NCBI GenBank assembly: GCA_045546995.1
Contig: JAZQDW010000008.1
Span: forward strand, 3,253 to 67,252
DNA length: 64,000 nt
DNA from: Eubacteriales bacterium
GTDB lineage: Bacteria > Bacillota > Clostridia > Oscillospirales > QAKW01
Direction of reading: 5' to 3'
Shown: in pieces, positions 10,003 through 18,682 of the stretch
How the letters are laid out: each line of letters opens with the position of its first letter
How positions within the stretch are numbered: position 1 is the stretch's first letter
Program-made: the position numbers and the translations under genes
The notes under the pieces: generated by a model
Told to the model about the DNA's origin: nothing
The model's input: the letters and a program-made list of their open reading frames with translations, nothing else
The model's database searches: none

Positions 10003-10707
10003 CTATTTTCCCCAGCGATAGCCAAAGCCCCAAACGGTCTGCAGATATTCGGGGTTGCTGGGTTCATCCTCCAATTTCATACGCAATCTGCGGATGTTGA
10101 CATCCACGATCTTATGTTTGCTGCGATCCCCCGTGGAGGTCTCGCCCCAGACGGCGGCGGTGATATCCTCACGGGTGCGGGCGGTACCGGGAGAGGAAAG
10201 AAAATACTTGAGAATCTGATACTCCACCTGGGTGATCTCCACCTTTTCGCCGTTTTTGGTGAGGATACGGCTGGTGGTGGACAGACGGAAGGGGCCGAAG
10301 GTCAGATCGGTGTCCTCGCCCTGCTGTTGTCCTTTGAGCAGCTGGACCCGACGGTAAAGCGAATCCACCCGAACGATCAGCTCCAACGGAGAGAAGGGTT
10401 TGGCAATATAATCGTCGGCGCCGCTCATCAGTCCCTCCACCTTGTCGGTCTCCTGGGCCTTGGCGGTCAGCATAATGATCCCGATCTTCTGATTGGAAGC
10501 GCGCAGCGTCTTGCAGACCTCTACGCCGCTGATGCCGGGAAGCATCACGTCCAACACCGCAATGTCGATGTCCGGATTTTGGTCATATTTTTCCAGAGCC
10601 TCTTCTCCCGTGCCTGCCTCAATGATATCATAGCCGGCGCGCTTTAAATTCAGTACGACAAAGGCGCGGATCGCCTCTTCGTCTTCCAAAACCAACAGTT
10701 TTTTCAT
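10003..10707 (-). CDS. OmpR-family response regulator
   Basis: Receiver domain (LVLEDEE...DVMLPG...LTAK) plus a winged-helix C-terminus (...LQTVWGFGYRW). I moved the start to MKKLLVLEDE at 10707, which has GAAAGGAG upstream. The ORF-track start at 10749 would overlap the upstream gene. Confidence 0.9.
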   Translation of the reverse strand: MKKLLVLEDEEAIRAFVVLNLKRAGYDIIEAGTGEEALEKYDQNPDIDIAVLDVMLPGISGVEVCKTLRASNQKIGIIMLTAKAQETDKVEGLMSGADDYIAKPFSPLELIVRVDSLYRRVQLLKGQQQGEDTDLTFGPFRLSTTSRILTKNGEKVEITQVEYQILKYFLSSPGTARTREDITAAVWGETSTGDRSKHKIVDVNIRRLRMKLEDEPSNPEYLQTVWGFGYRWGK

Positions 10708-10721
10708 GTGTTGCTCCTTTC

Positions 10722-11969
10722 TCAGTAGGTGCGCAGGGCCTTGCCCCACTCGGCGGTGGTCAGCGCAAATTTTTCATCGCTGACGTCGCCCTTGCGGTAG
10801 GCGATCACCTTATCGGTGCTTTCCACCAAGGTGACCCAGCCTTCGCTGACGTAGATCTGACTGTATTCGGTGACGGTAAACACCCGCAGAGAATACAGAA
10901 TATCGTCCTTTTTGTTGATAAAATGATACAGCCGCTGCATCTTGGAGTCCTGTCGGACGAAGATCTCGCCCCGCCATTTGTCGGGATAGACCAGATAAAA
11001 CTGGTCGGAGGCGGCGGTGTAGGTGACCAACGGCGCGCTCAGTGTGGCGCCGTCAAAATCGGACCATTCGGTATAATAGGCGGAGGAATCGCCGTTTTCC
11101 ATTACACGGGTGTTCGGCACCTCGGGAACGCCGTCGTTGTCAATGTCGGTGCAATGCACGTTGTAGGGGCGGGTGCGGTACAGCGCTTCCTCGGTAAAGA
11201 GCTTGTTTTCCAGATATTTTTTGGATTTGATGACCAAAACCTCGGTATGGAAGGAGTGATCCTCGGTCTGCACGTCCAGATAAATGGCCGGATTGCCGTC
11301 AGCGGTGGAGACGGTCAAGGCCGTAAAGGAAGTAATATCGGGCGCCATAGAGACGGAGGAAAGAGAGGTGATCTTGGTTTTTTTGTGTCCCAGCAGGGTG
11401 GCCGCCCCCTGCTCAATGACCACGACCTGCCCGTCGGCAATGGCAAAGCGGGTATGCTTTTGCTTGTATTTGGAGGAGAGCTTATCGTCCCCCAGCTGTA
11501 AGACCTCCATCAGTTTTTCGCTGCCGGTCAGATAGCTCCAGCCCACCACCAGCTCGGTGATGCCGTCCTCGTTGAGGTCGGTGAAGGCCAATTGTTCCAC
11601 CTTGGTAGCGTCCGAGCTGAAACGGCCCCAACGGACCCATTCCTTGCCCTGCTTGCGCAGTACCAGCACGTCCAACAGCTGAATGTCGCCGATGGTAAAA
11701 AAGCAGATGGCCTCATTTTGCCCGTCGTTGTCCAGATCCTGCAGATTGATGCTGCTGCGATGCTCCCCGCCGGCGGGGGCGATGAGCTGATAGGAGGTGC
11801 CCAGCAGCTCCTGAATGGCCTGCTGTACCTGCTGACGGGATTGGGTCAGCTGAGGGGGACGCATCAACTCGTCAATACTGGTATCGGTCAGCGAACAGGC
11901 GCACGTTGACAGCGCCAGCGATACGCACAATACCAACCCTATGCACTTTTTAAGCAAATTCTGTTTCAT
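10722..11969 (-). CDS. lipoprotein with FG-GAP/VCBS-like Asp-rich repeats
   Basis: 415 aa. Signal peptide with a lipobox-like LSTC. Repeated DxDxDG loops (DLDNDGQNE, DLNEDGITE, DIDNDGVPE). It is the first gene of the lipoprotein-RR-HK string. Confidence 0.7.
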   Translation of the reverse strand: MKQNLLKKCIGLVLCVSLALSTCACSLTDTSIDELMRPPQLTQSRQQVQQAIQELLGTSYQLIAPAGGEHRSSINLQDLDNDGQNEAICFFTIGDIQLLDVLVLRKQGKEWVRWGRFSSDATKVEQLAFTDLNEDGITELVVGWSYLTGSEKLMEVLQLGDDKLSSKYKQKHTRFAIADGQVVVIEQGAATLLGHKKTKITSLSSVSMAPDITSFTALTVSTADGNPAIYLDVQTEDHSFHTEVLVIKSKKYLENKLFTEEALYRTRPYNVHCTDIDNDGVPEVPNTRVMENGDSSAYYTEWSDFDGATLSAPLVTYTAASDQFYLVYPDKWRGEIFVRQDSKMQRLYHFINKKDDILYSLRVFTVTEYSQIYVSEGWVTLVESTDKVIAYRKGDVSDEKFALTTAEWGKALRTY

Positions 11970-12097
11970 AACGGCCTCGATTACATAATAATACAGTTTA
12001 ATTATATCTCAAAATCAAAAGAAAAGCAACAAAATGTATTTAAAAAAATAACATTATGTGTTAGAATAAAAATATAACGATTAAAGGAAGTGAGCCT

Positions 12098-13141
12098 ATG
12101 CGCTTTATACATACTGCTGATCTGCATCTGGACGCCCCGGTACAGGGTCTGCCCCAACGGGCGGCCATCCGTCGAAACGGGCTGGAGGCGTTACAGCAAA
12201 TGATCGATTATGCCCTGGGAAAGGAGATCCGTTTTTTTGTCATTGCCGGCGATCTGTTTGATACGCCCACTCCGTCACCGGCGGTGGTTGGCGCCGTAGC
12301 ACAGCTGTTTGCGCAGGCAAAGGAGATCACCTTTCTGTTGGTGGCGGGCAATCACGATCCCTTGTCAAGAGAGGGAAAATGGTGTGATATGGAACTGCCG
12401 GAAAACGTGCATTTGTTTGGCAGTGAGCTGCAACAGCTCAGCTTTCCGGGCGGCAGCTTCGTAGGGGCGAGCCTGCAACAGGGCGCCGCTGCCCATCCTT
12501 TTGCTCCGGTGGCGCAAAAGACCGGATTGACGGTGGGCATTTTTCACGGCTCCGTGGGGGATACCGAGCCGCTGTATCGGCTGGAGGCGGCCGCAGTGCG
12601 GCAAAGCGGTATGGATTATATCGCGCTGGGACACGTTCATAAACCGGCGGATCCCGAACAACTGGGCGATAGCGTGGTGGCCCATCCGGGCAGCGCTGCC
12701 GCCCACGGCTTTGACGAGTTGGGGAAACGCAGTTTTCTGGACGTGACGGTCAGTGAGACCGGCGTCAGCGCGGCCCGGGTATTTCTGGACGGTATTTGCT
12801 TTTATGAGGAGATCATCACGGTGGAGGAGACGGACGGTCAGGGCGATATCCTGGGCAAAATGACGGCGACCTGCGCCGCCCACGGCGAAAAGGATATCTA
12901 TCGTTTCCGTCTGCAGGGCGTGACCGCCCACGCCGTGCCGCCGATGCTGGAGGATTATCCGGCGCTGGTGGAGATCATCAACGAGACCACGTTGCCCCGC
13001 TCGCTGGAGCAGTTGGCGCAGGAGCAATCCCTGCGGGGCTTTTTCGTCCGTGGGATGCTGGAAAAAACGGCGTCGCTGACGGGCGAGGAACGGGCGTTGG
13101 CAGAAGAGGCGCTGCGCCTGGGATTGGAGGCGTTTGAATGA
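12098..13141 (+). CDS. Mre11/SbcD-family metallophosphoesterase (YhaO/SbcF-like DNA repair exonuclease)
   Basis: 347 aa. Calcineurin-like motifs are present: HTADLHLD, AGDLFD, GNHD and GHVH. Its stop overlaps the start of the ATPase gene (ATGA). Confidence 0.85.
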   Translation: MRFIHTADLHLDAPVQGLPQRAAIRRNGLEALQQMIDYALGKEIRFFVIAGDLFDTPTPSPAVVGAVAQLFAQAKEITFLLVAGNHDPLSREGKWCDMELPENVHLFGSELQQLSFPGGSFVGASLQQGAAAHPFAPVAQKTGLTVGIFHGSVGDTEPLYRLEAAAVRQSGMDYIALGHVHKPADPEQLGDSVVAHPGSAAAHGFDELGKRSFLDVTVSETGVSAARVFLDGICFYEEIITVEETDGQGDILGKMTATCAAHGEKDIYRFRLQGVTAHAVPPMLEDYPALVEIINETTLPRSLEQLAQEQSLRGFFVRGMLEKTASLTGEERALAEEALRLGLEAFE

Positions 13142-15204
13142 TTATTACAAAATTGGAGCTGATCCGCTTCGGACAGTTCCGTGATACCACCGTTTCTCTA
13201 CAATCCGGCGCCGGTTTTTATACCCGTGAAAACGAAAGCGGCAAGACCACCGTAGCGGATTTTATTCGTTTTATGTTTTACGGTCTGCCCTACAGAGGAC
13301 GGAAAAGTATGTCTCTGCAGGAGGATCTGTTGGAAAAATATCAGCCCTGGGACAGTGAGGACGGCATCAGCGGCGCCATGGAATTTACCGATGAACGGGG
13401 CCGTTGTTGGCGGGTGGAACGCACCCAGAATAAAAAAGGCAAGGGGGAGCACCGCCTGTTGGATGCCGACGGCAATCGGGTGGAGACCGCCGACGTTGGA
13501 CAGACCTTTTTGGGGCTGGACAGCGACACCTTTTCCAATGTATTTTTCATCGGGGCCGGCAGTCCGGCCTTTCATCGGACCGAACAGATGGAGATCGCCA
13601 TGCGAAATCTGGTCACCACCGGCAGTGAAACGGTGGGCTATGACAGCGTGATGGAATTTTTAAACGGCGAGCGGGCCAAATACGTTTCGCCCAAGGGCAA
13701 TTCCGGCAAATTGAAGCGGCTGGAGGCGGAGATCGAACTGCTGCGCCGTCAGTTGGCCGTGGATCGGGTCGGGCTGGAGCAACGGGAAAGCGCCCTCGGC
13801 GCAACCGCAGATATGGAGGAAACCGACGGTGAGCAACTGGCCTATCTGCAGGCGCAAGCGGCGCAAGGGGCGGCCTATGCCGCCTGGCAACGCTATCAGA
13901 AGCAACTGCAATTAACGGCGCAGGCCGAACAGCTCCGCGCCCGCATCGAGGGCAGCAGCCATCCTTTGACCGAGGAGGAAAAGGACGAGCTGAGCGAAGG
14001 CTTTACCGAAAAAGAAGGCGGCGAGTATTTGCTGGCGCAGGCCGAGCGGGCATGGGAACAGTTGCGTCAGCAGTCCCCCCAATTGGAGGAAAAGGACAAA
14101 CAATTATTGCAATATGAGAGCGCCGCGCATATCGGCGGCGGTATGATCGCGCTGTTGGCGGCGCTGGGCGGCGCCTTTGCGGTGACGGCATTGTTGGCAT
14201 TGCTGTGGAACGTCGTTATGTGGATCGCCGCCGGGATCACCGGTCTCGGCTTTTTATTGGCCGGCTTTTTTGCCCTGCGGTTGCCCCGAAGCGTAACGGC
14301 GTTGGGCATTCGTGATCGGGCCGCTCTGCGACGGGAGTTGAGCCGTATCAAGGCGGCGCAGGAACAGCTGTGGCAGCTGCAACGGGAGCAGGCCGCCGCC
14401 CAAAAGGCGGTGGAGGAACGCCGGGAGCATCTGGCGGTGTTGGAGCGCAAATACGCTCCCCTGCGGGAGAAAACCGGTATCTTCGATCGTAAGACGCTGG
14501 AGCAGATTCTGGCCGGCAACCTGCAGGCAGAGGTGCTGGAGCAACGGTTGCAGGACGTCAAGGCGCAGTTGGCGGAGCTGGGTGAGGTGACCCCCGTGAC
14601 GGAGGCAGAGTCCCCTGCCCTTTCGGCGGCGGAAATCGAGCAACGGCGCGCCGCCCTGCAGGCGCAGAAGGATGCGCGTCAACAGCAGCAATTGCGGCTG
14701 GCCGGACAACGGGCCGAGCTGGAACGGGATCGGGCGCAGCTGGCTGTCCGCGCCGAGGAGCTGGAGGATAAATGCCGGCAGGCCGAACAAATGCGACGGG
14801 CCTGTCAGGTGGTCACGTTGGCCATCGAGCAGATGGAGCAGGCCCAGGCAAAGTTGCGGGAAAACTACGCGCCCCGCCTGCGGCAGGCCATGAGCGAAAA
14901 GTTGGCAATGCTGACCGACGGTAAATACGACACGGTTATGCTGGACGAGGCGCTGTCGGTGCGGATCAAGGCGGACGGCGGTATGCGCGCGCTGGGATAT
15001 TTTTCCGGCGGCACCCGCGCGGCGGCCATGCTGGCGTTGCGACTCTCGTTGGTGGAGATCCTGGAGGGCGAGCGACGGCTGCCCATGATCTTTGATGATC
15101 CGTTTTTACATCTGGATGCCTCCCGTATGGCGATTTTGCGCCGATATCTGGAGCAGGAGGGACAGCGGCGGCAGATCCTGCTGTTATCCTGCAGAGAAAT
15201 TTAA
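13138..15204 (+). CDS. Rad50/SbcC-like SMC-type ATPase (YhaN/SbcE-like) with central TM hairpin
   Basis: 688 aa. N-terminal P-loop ENESGKTT, long Q/E/A/R-rich coiled coils, C-terminal signature-like FSGGTRAA and Walker B LPMIFDDPF. Two hydrophobic helices sit mid-protein (nt 14131-14283). Confidence 0.85.
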   Translation: MIITKLELIRFGQFRDTTVSLQSGAGFYTRENESGKTTVADFIRFMFYGLPYRGRKSMSLQEDLLEKYQPWDSEDGISGAMEFTDERGRCWRVERTQNKKGKGEHRLLDADGNRVETADVGQTFLGLDSDTFSNVFFIGAGSPAFHRTEQMEIAMRNLVTTGSETVGYDSVMEFLNGERAKYVSPKGNSGKLKRLEAEIELLRRQLAVDRVGLEQRESALGATADMEETDGEQLAYLQAQAAQGAAYAAWQRYQKQLQLTAQAEQLRARIEGSSHPLTEEEKDELSEGFTEKEGGEYLLAQAERAWEQLRQQSPQLEEKDKQLLQYESAAHIGGGMIALLAALGGAFAVTALLALLWNVVMWIAAGITGLGFLLAGFFALRLPRSVTALGIRDRAALRRELSRIKAAQEQLWQLQREQAAAQKAVEERREHLAVLERKYAPLREKTGIFDRKTLEQILAGNLQAEVLEQRLQDVKAQLAELGEVTPVTEAESPALSAAEIEQRRAALQAQKDARQQQQLRLAGQRAELERDRAQLAVRAEELEDKCRQAEQMRRACQVVTLAIEQMEQAQAKLRENYAPRLRQAMSEKLAMLTDGKYDTVMLDEALSVRIKADGGMRALGYFSGGTRAAAMLALRLSLVEILEGERRLPMIFDDPFLHLDASRMAILRRYLEQEGQRRQILLLSCREI

Positions 15205-15294
15205 TATTTCTTTATTTTATAGGTATTGCAATTTCGGTCAATATTTAGTAATATAAAAAGACAGACTGTATTTTTTCAAGAAAGGGGCGAGCGT

Positions 15295-16659
15295 ATGCCC
15301 GTAGTTCCGGTATTGGTTATACTGTACGTATGGATCATTCTTCTGGTATTCTTTTCCTTCTTCACCACCAAGATCGCGCAGATGAAATTGCGGTCGGCCG
15401 GCTGGGGAATTCTCGGATTCCTGCTGGGGCCGGTGGGTCTGGTGCTGGTATGCTACCTTCCCTCTCGCCGTAAGGACGGGAAAGAGACCAACCCCATCCG
15501 CAGCGGATTTCGTTCCCTGCCCGGACTTTCACAAAAGATCTTTATCGGCCTGTTTGTTCTGGTGGTGCTGGTTTTGGGCGGCATCTATCTCAGTCAGGCC
15601 ATTCCCCGTTGGCAGGAGACTGCAAAATATGAAAAAAGCGTGGGCGCAGGCGTGCTGGCGGAGCTTTCTTACGCCGCCACCGTGGACGGCACTCCCACCA
15701 CCGTCAAAGCGGGACAGGATTCTACCTACCTGCTGACCGAGGAGGGCGAACTGTACGCCTGGGGCTATAACAACCTTTCCCTGCATCAGGAAGATAAAGG
15801 GGCGGCGGCTTCGGACGTGTTGGACGTGGCCCAGCTGGGCAGAGACGTCTATCTGCTGAAAAAAGACCACACCCTGTTGAAAATCAACGAAGAGGGTGAG
15901 GAGACGGAGGTCGCGACCAACGTTGCCAAGGTGACCTGCGGCGCCGACTTCGGTAGTTTTATCAAAACCTCGGGGGACGTATACGTCTGGGGCGACAACA
16001 GTTCACTGCAGCTGGGCGCCGCCGGCGAGGATGCGGAAAAGCCCCGTTGGCTGTGTGGCTCGGCCACCGACGTTTCCGCCGGCGCCAGACATCTGTTGAT
16101 TTTGAAAAAGGACGGCGCGGTGTTCGGTTGCGGCTCCAACGTCAGCGGCGAACTGGGCCTGAAGGATAAGCCTACGCCCGTCACTTTGCAACAACTGGCA
16201 AGCGGCTGTAGCGCCGTTGCCGCCGGTAACGAATTTTCCCTGATCCTGACCAAGGACGGCGTGCTGAAAAGCGCGGGCGCCGACGAATGCGGACAATTGG
16301 GCCGTGTGATCGAGGAGCAGGAGGACGATAAAGAAGAAAACCCCGCCATGACCTTTCAGGAGGTCGCCACGGGCGTTGACAGCTGTGGCGTGGGCGGTAA
16401 ATTCGGCTGGTACATTGCGGATGATGCATTGTATACCTGGGGCCAAAACCATTGCGGTCAGCTGGGCACCGGTGATACCGCCGATCTTAGCGAGCCGAAA
16501 AAGATCCTCGATCAGGTTTCTGCGGCAGCGGCCGGACAGGATCATCTGGCGGCCCTTTCCGGCGGTAAGCTGTACGTTTGCGGTGATAACTCGTACGGAC
16601 AGCTGGGCGCTTTGAAACAAAAGAGTCTGACACCGACAACGGTCGTAACCGTCAAGTAA
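15295..16659 (+). CDS. membrane-anchored RCC1-repeat (beta-propeller) protein
   Basis: N-terminal TM helices followed by repeated RCC1 signatures (YAWGYNN, VYVWGDNSSLQLG, GCGSNVSGELG, YTWGQNHCGQLG, YVCGDNSYGQLG). Start moved to ATG 15295, which has AAAGGGG upstream. Confidence 0.8.
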   Translation: MPVVPVLVILYVWIILLVFFSFFTTKIAQMKLRSAGWGILGFLLGPVGLVLVCYLPSRRKDGKETNPIRSGFRSLPGLSQKIFIGLFVLVVLVLGGIYLSQAIPRWQETAKYEKSVGAGVLAELSYAATVDGTPTTVKAGQDSTYLLTEEGELYAWGYNNLSLHQEDKGAAASDVLDVAQLGRDVYLLKKDHTLLKINEEGEETEVATNVAKVTCGADFGSFIKTSGDVYVWGDNSSLQLGAAGEDAEKPRWLCGSATDVSAGARHLLILKKDGAVFGCGSNVSGELGLKDKPTPVTLQQLASGCSAVAAGNEFSLILTKDGVLKSAGADECGQLGRVIEEQEDDKEENPAMTFQEVATGVDSCGVGGKFGWYIADDALYTWGQNHCGQLGTGDTADLSEPKKILDQVSAAAAGQDHLAALSGGKLYVCGDNSYGQLGALKQKSLTPTTVVTVK

Positions 16660-16672
16660 AGGAGGGCAAACG

Positions 16673-18055
16673 ATGTTAATGATTGTTTCTATTATACTGA
16701 TCCTCGTTTCCCTCGTATTCGGTCTGAGCGCCGTTATTATGGGTCTGAACATCCGTCGGATGCGTACCCCCCGCGCCAAAAAGCGATTGCTGTGGCGCTG
16801 TATCGGTACGGGCTGTTGGACGGTACTTTTGATGGCGGGCGGCATTTTGCTGCTGTTGCAGAGTATCCGACCCATGCAGCAGGCAAAAAGCATCCGGGGC
16901 GACGCGGCCTACGATATCAACGACACTTATAAAACCACCCTGTCTGCGGCCGGTGAGGAAAAGGCCTATCCCCTGTTGCCTTCCTCCGTTTCGGTGACGG
17001 ACGGTACGGTTGCGCTGCGCAACGATCAGGGCGACTGGTTTGTATATGAGGAAACGGAAAACAGCGACGGCGAAATCACCTATCGCTGGGCCAACCGTGG
17101 TATGAACACCGTGCGGTATCAGACGGTGACCATGGACGATGAAACACTGATGACCATCCATCTGGGACAGGACGGCCGCCTGTACGTGACCGGCCAGTTC
17201 CCTTATATGAAATTCGACGTCAACAGCACCGTCTACGATGGCGTGCTGGCCAAAAACGTGCAGGACTTTTTCTGTACCGGCAACACGCTGTTCTATTTGA
17301 CGAAGGAAAACACGCTCTACGCCGTAGGTTTTAACGAATACGGTCAGCTGGGTGATTCCTCCAACCGACACAAGAGCGCACCGGTGCTCGTGCGGGAGGA
17401 TATCGTGCAGGTCTGGTCGGGCGCCAATCATACCATGATGGTGGACGTATTCGGCAATCTGTATTCGGTGGGCGATAATTCCGACTCCCAGCTGGGTGAC
17501 GGTACGATGAACAACACCGTTACCCCCGTGCGCATTATGGCCGGTGTGGCGCAGGTGGCCGTGGGTAACAATTTCTCGGTGGTCATGGCGCAAAACGGTG
17601 AGGTCTATACCTGTGGCCGCACCAATTGGGGCCAATGCGGCAACGGCAGTAAAAACGGTACGGCCAAGCCCATGAAGATCGGCAGCGACGCCATCAAGGT
17701 GGTGGCCTCGGACAACGGCGCCGCCTATATGACCAAAAACGGCAAGGTTTACGCTTGGGGCAAAAACACCGATCAATGCTTTGTTAAAGAAGATACCGAA
17801 TTTTTGAACACGCCCACTCTGGTGGCGGAAAACGCTTATGATATTGCGCTGACCGAGGGCTCGCTCATCGTGTTGGATCGGGAACGGGATATTCAGGTCA
17901 CCGGGAAGCTGCGACCCGAGCAGAAAAAGTACGCCGAGGCGATCTTTACCATCGATGCCAAAGTACCCAAGGACTTTGTTGCTCCCGTGCAGGAGGAGGA
18001 AAAGCCGGACATTTCCGAACTTGGCAAGGAAAAGGATGATAAGAAGGATAAATAA
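16673..18055 (+). CDS. membrane-anchored RCC1-repeat protein (paralog of the upstream gene)
   Basis: 460 aa. N-terminal TM helices and RCC1 signatures (AVGFNEYGQLGD, SVGDNSDSQLGDG, TCGRTNWGQCGNG, YAWGKNTDQC). The C-terminal tail is K/E/D-rich. Confidence 0.8.
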   Translation: MLMIVSIILILVSLVFGLSAVIMGLNIRRMRTPRAKKRLLWRCIGTGCWTVLLMAGGILLLLQSIRPMQQAKSIRGDAAYDINDTYKTTLSAAGEEKAYPLLPSSVSVTDGTVALRNDQGDWFVYEETENSDGEITYRWANRGMNTVRYQTVTMDDETLMTIHLGQDGRLYVTGQFPYMKFDVNSTVYDGVLAKNVQDFFCTGNTLFYLTKENTLYAVGFNEYGQLGDSSNRHKSAPVLVREDIVQVWSGANHTMMVDVFGNLYSVGDNSDSQLGDGTMNNTVTPVRIMAGVAQVAVGNNFSVVMAQNGEVYTCGRTNWGQCGNGSKNGTAKPMKIGSDAIKVVASDNGAAYMTKNGKVYAWGKNTDQCFVKEDTEFLNTPTLVAENAYDIALTEGSLIVLDRERDIQVTGKLRPEQKKYAEAIFTIDAKVPKDFVAPVQEEEKPDISELGKEKDDKKDK

Positions 18056-18087
18056 TTCGGCTACGGCAAAAATATTTGTAAAACCCC

Positions 18088-18116
18088 TTTACATTTTAAA
18101 AAATATATAGTATAAT
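18088..18116 (+). promoter_or_regulatory. sigma-A type promoter of rpsO
   Basis: TTTACA, 17-nt spacer, TATAAT. Confidence 0.55.
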
Positions 18117-18203
18117 AATCAACTGCTGACCGTACCACGGGGACAGGGATCACCGTCCGTCATCTGTGATATGGCCGAATATGATAGAAAGGTGAAGAGA
18201 AAC

Positions 18204-18470
18204 ATGATCAAGAAGGACATCAAGGATCAGGTAATTGCCGCTAACAAGCTGCATGAGACCGATACCGGTTCTCCCGAGGTTCAGATCGCTATTCTGACTG
18301 CCCGTATCAACGAGCTGACGGAGCATCTGAAGCAGCATCCCCACGACCATCATTCCCGTCGTGGTCTGTTGAAAATGGTTGGTAACCGTCGTAATCTGCT
18401 CAACTACCTGACCAAAAAAGATATCAATCGCTATCGTGCTATTATCGAGAAGCTGGGTATCAGAAAGTAA
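18204..18470 (+). CDS. rpsO: 30S ribosomal protein S15
   Basis: 88 aa from MIKKDIKDQ..., with [12 protein letters not shown]...[16 protein letters not shown]...RRNLLNYL. An AAGGTGAAGAG RBS precedes ATG 18204. The ORF-track start at 18171 is an upstream extension. Confidence 0.95.
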   Translation: MIKKDIKDQVIAANKLHETDTGSPEVQIAILTARINELTEHLKQHPHDHHSRRGLLKMVGNRRNLLNYLTKKDINRYRAIIEKLGIRK

Positions 18471-18476
18471 TTTGCG

Positions 18477-18510
18477 AAAAGGCACAAACCCTGTGGTTTG
18501 TGCCTTTTAT
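18477..18510 (+). terminator. rpsO terminator
   Basis: AAGGCACAAACC-ctgt-GGTTTGTGCCTT followed by Ts. Confidence 0.8.
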
Positions 18511-18682
18511 GCCGTCCAAAAAATGGCGGCACCGGCCTGCTTGCCATTTGGCACCAAATAACCAAAACAAAGAGAGGGTGGAGCTTTTTAGCAGTTACAT
18601 GACCTTACAAAGGCTTTTGTCGGGCGATGTAAGTGCTGAAATCTCTCCTTTCTCTTAAAAAATTATAAAGGAGGTACATTTC

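Noticed and set aside
11970-12097. Replication origin at the strand-switch AT-rich spacer, or at the parS spacer (6188-6623)
   Set aside because: No TTATCCACA-type DnaA boxes were seen by eye, there is no adjacent dnaA/dnaN, and the spacer is only 128 bp. It is better explained as a divergent promoter region.
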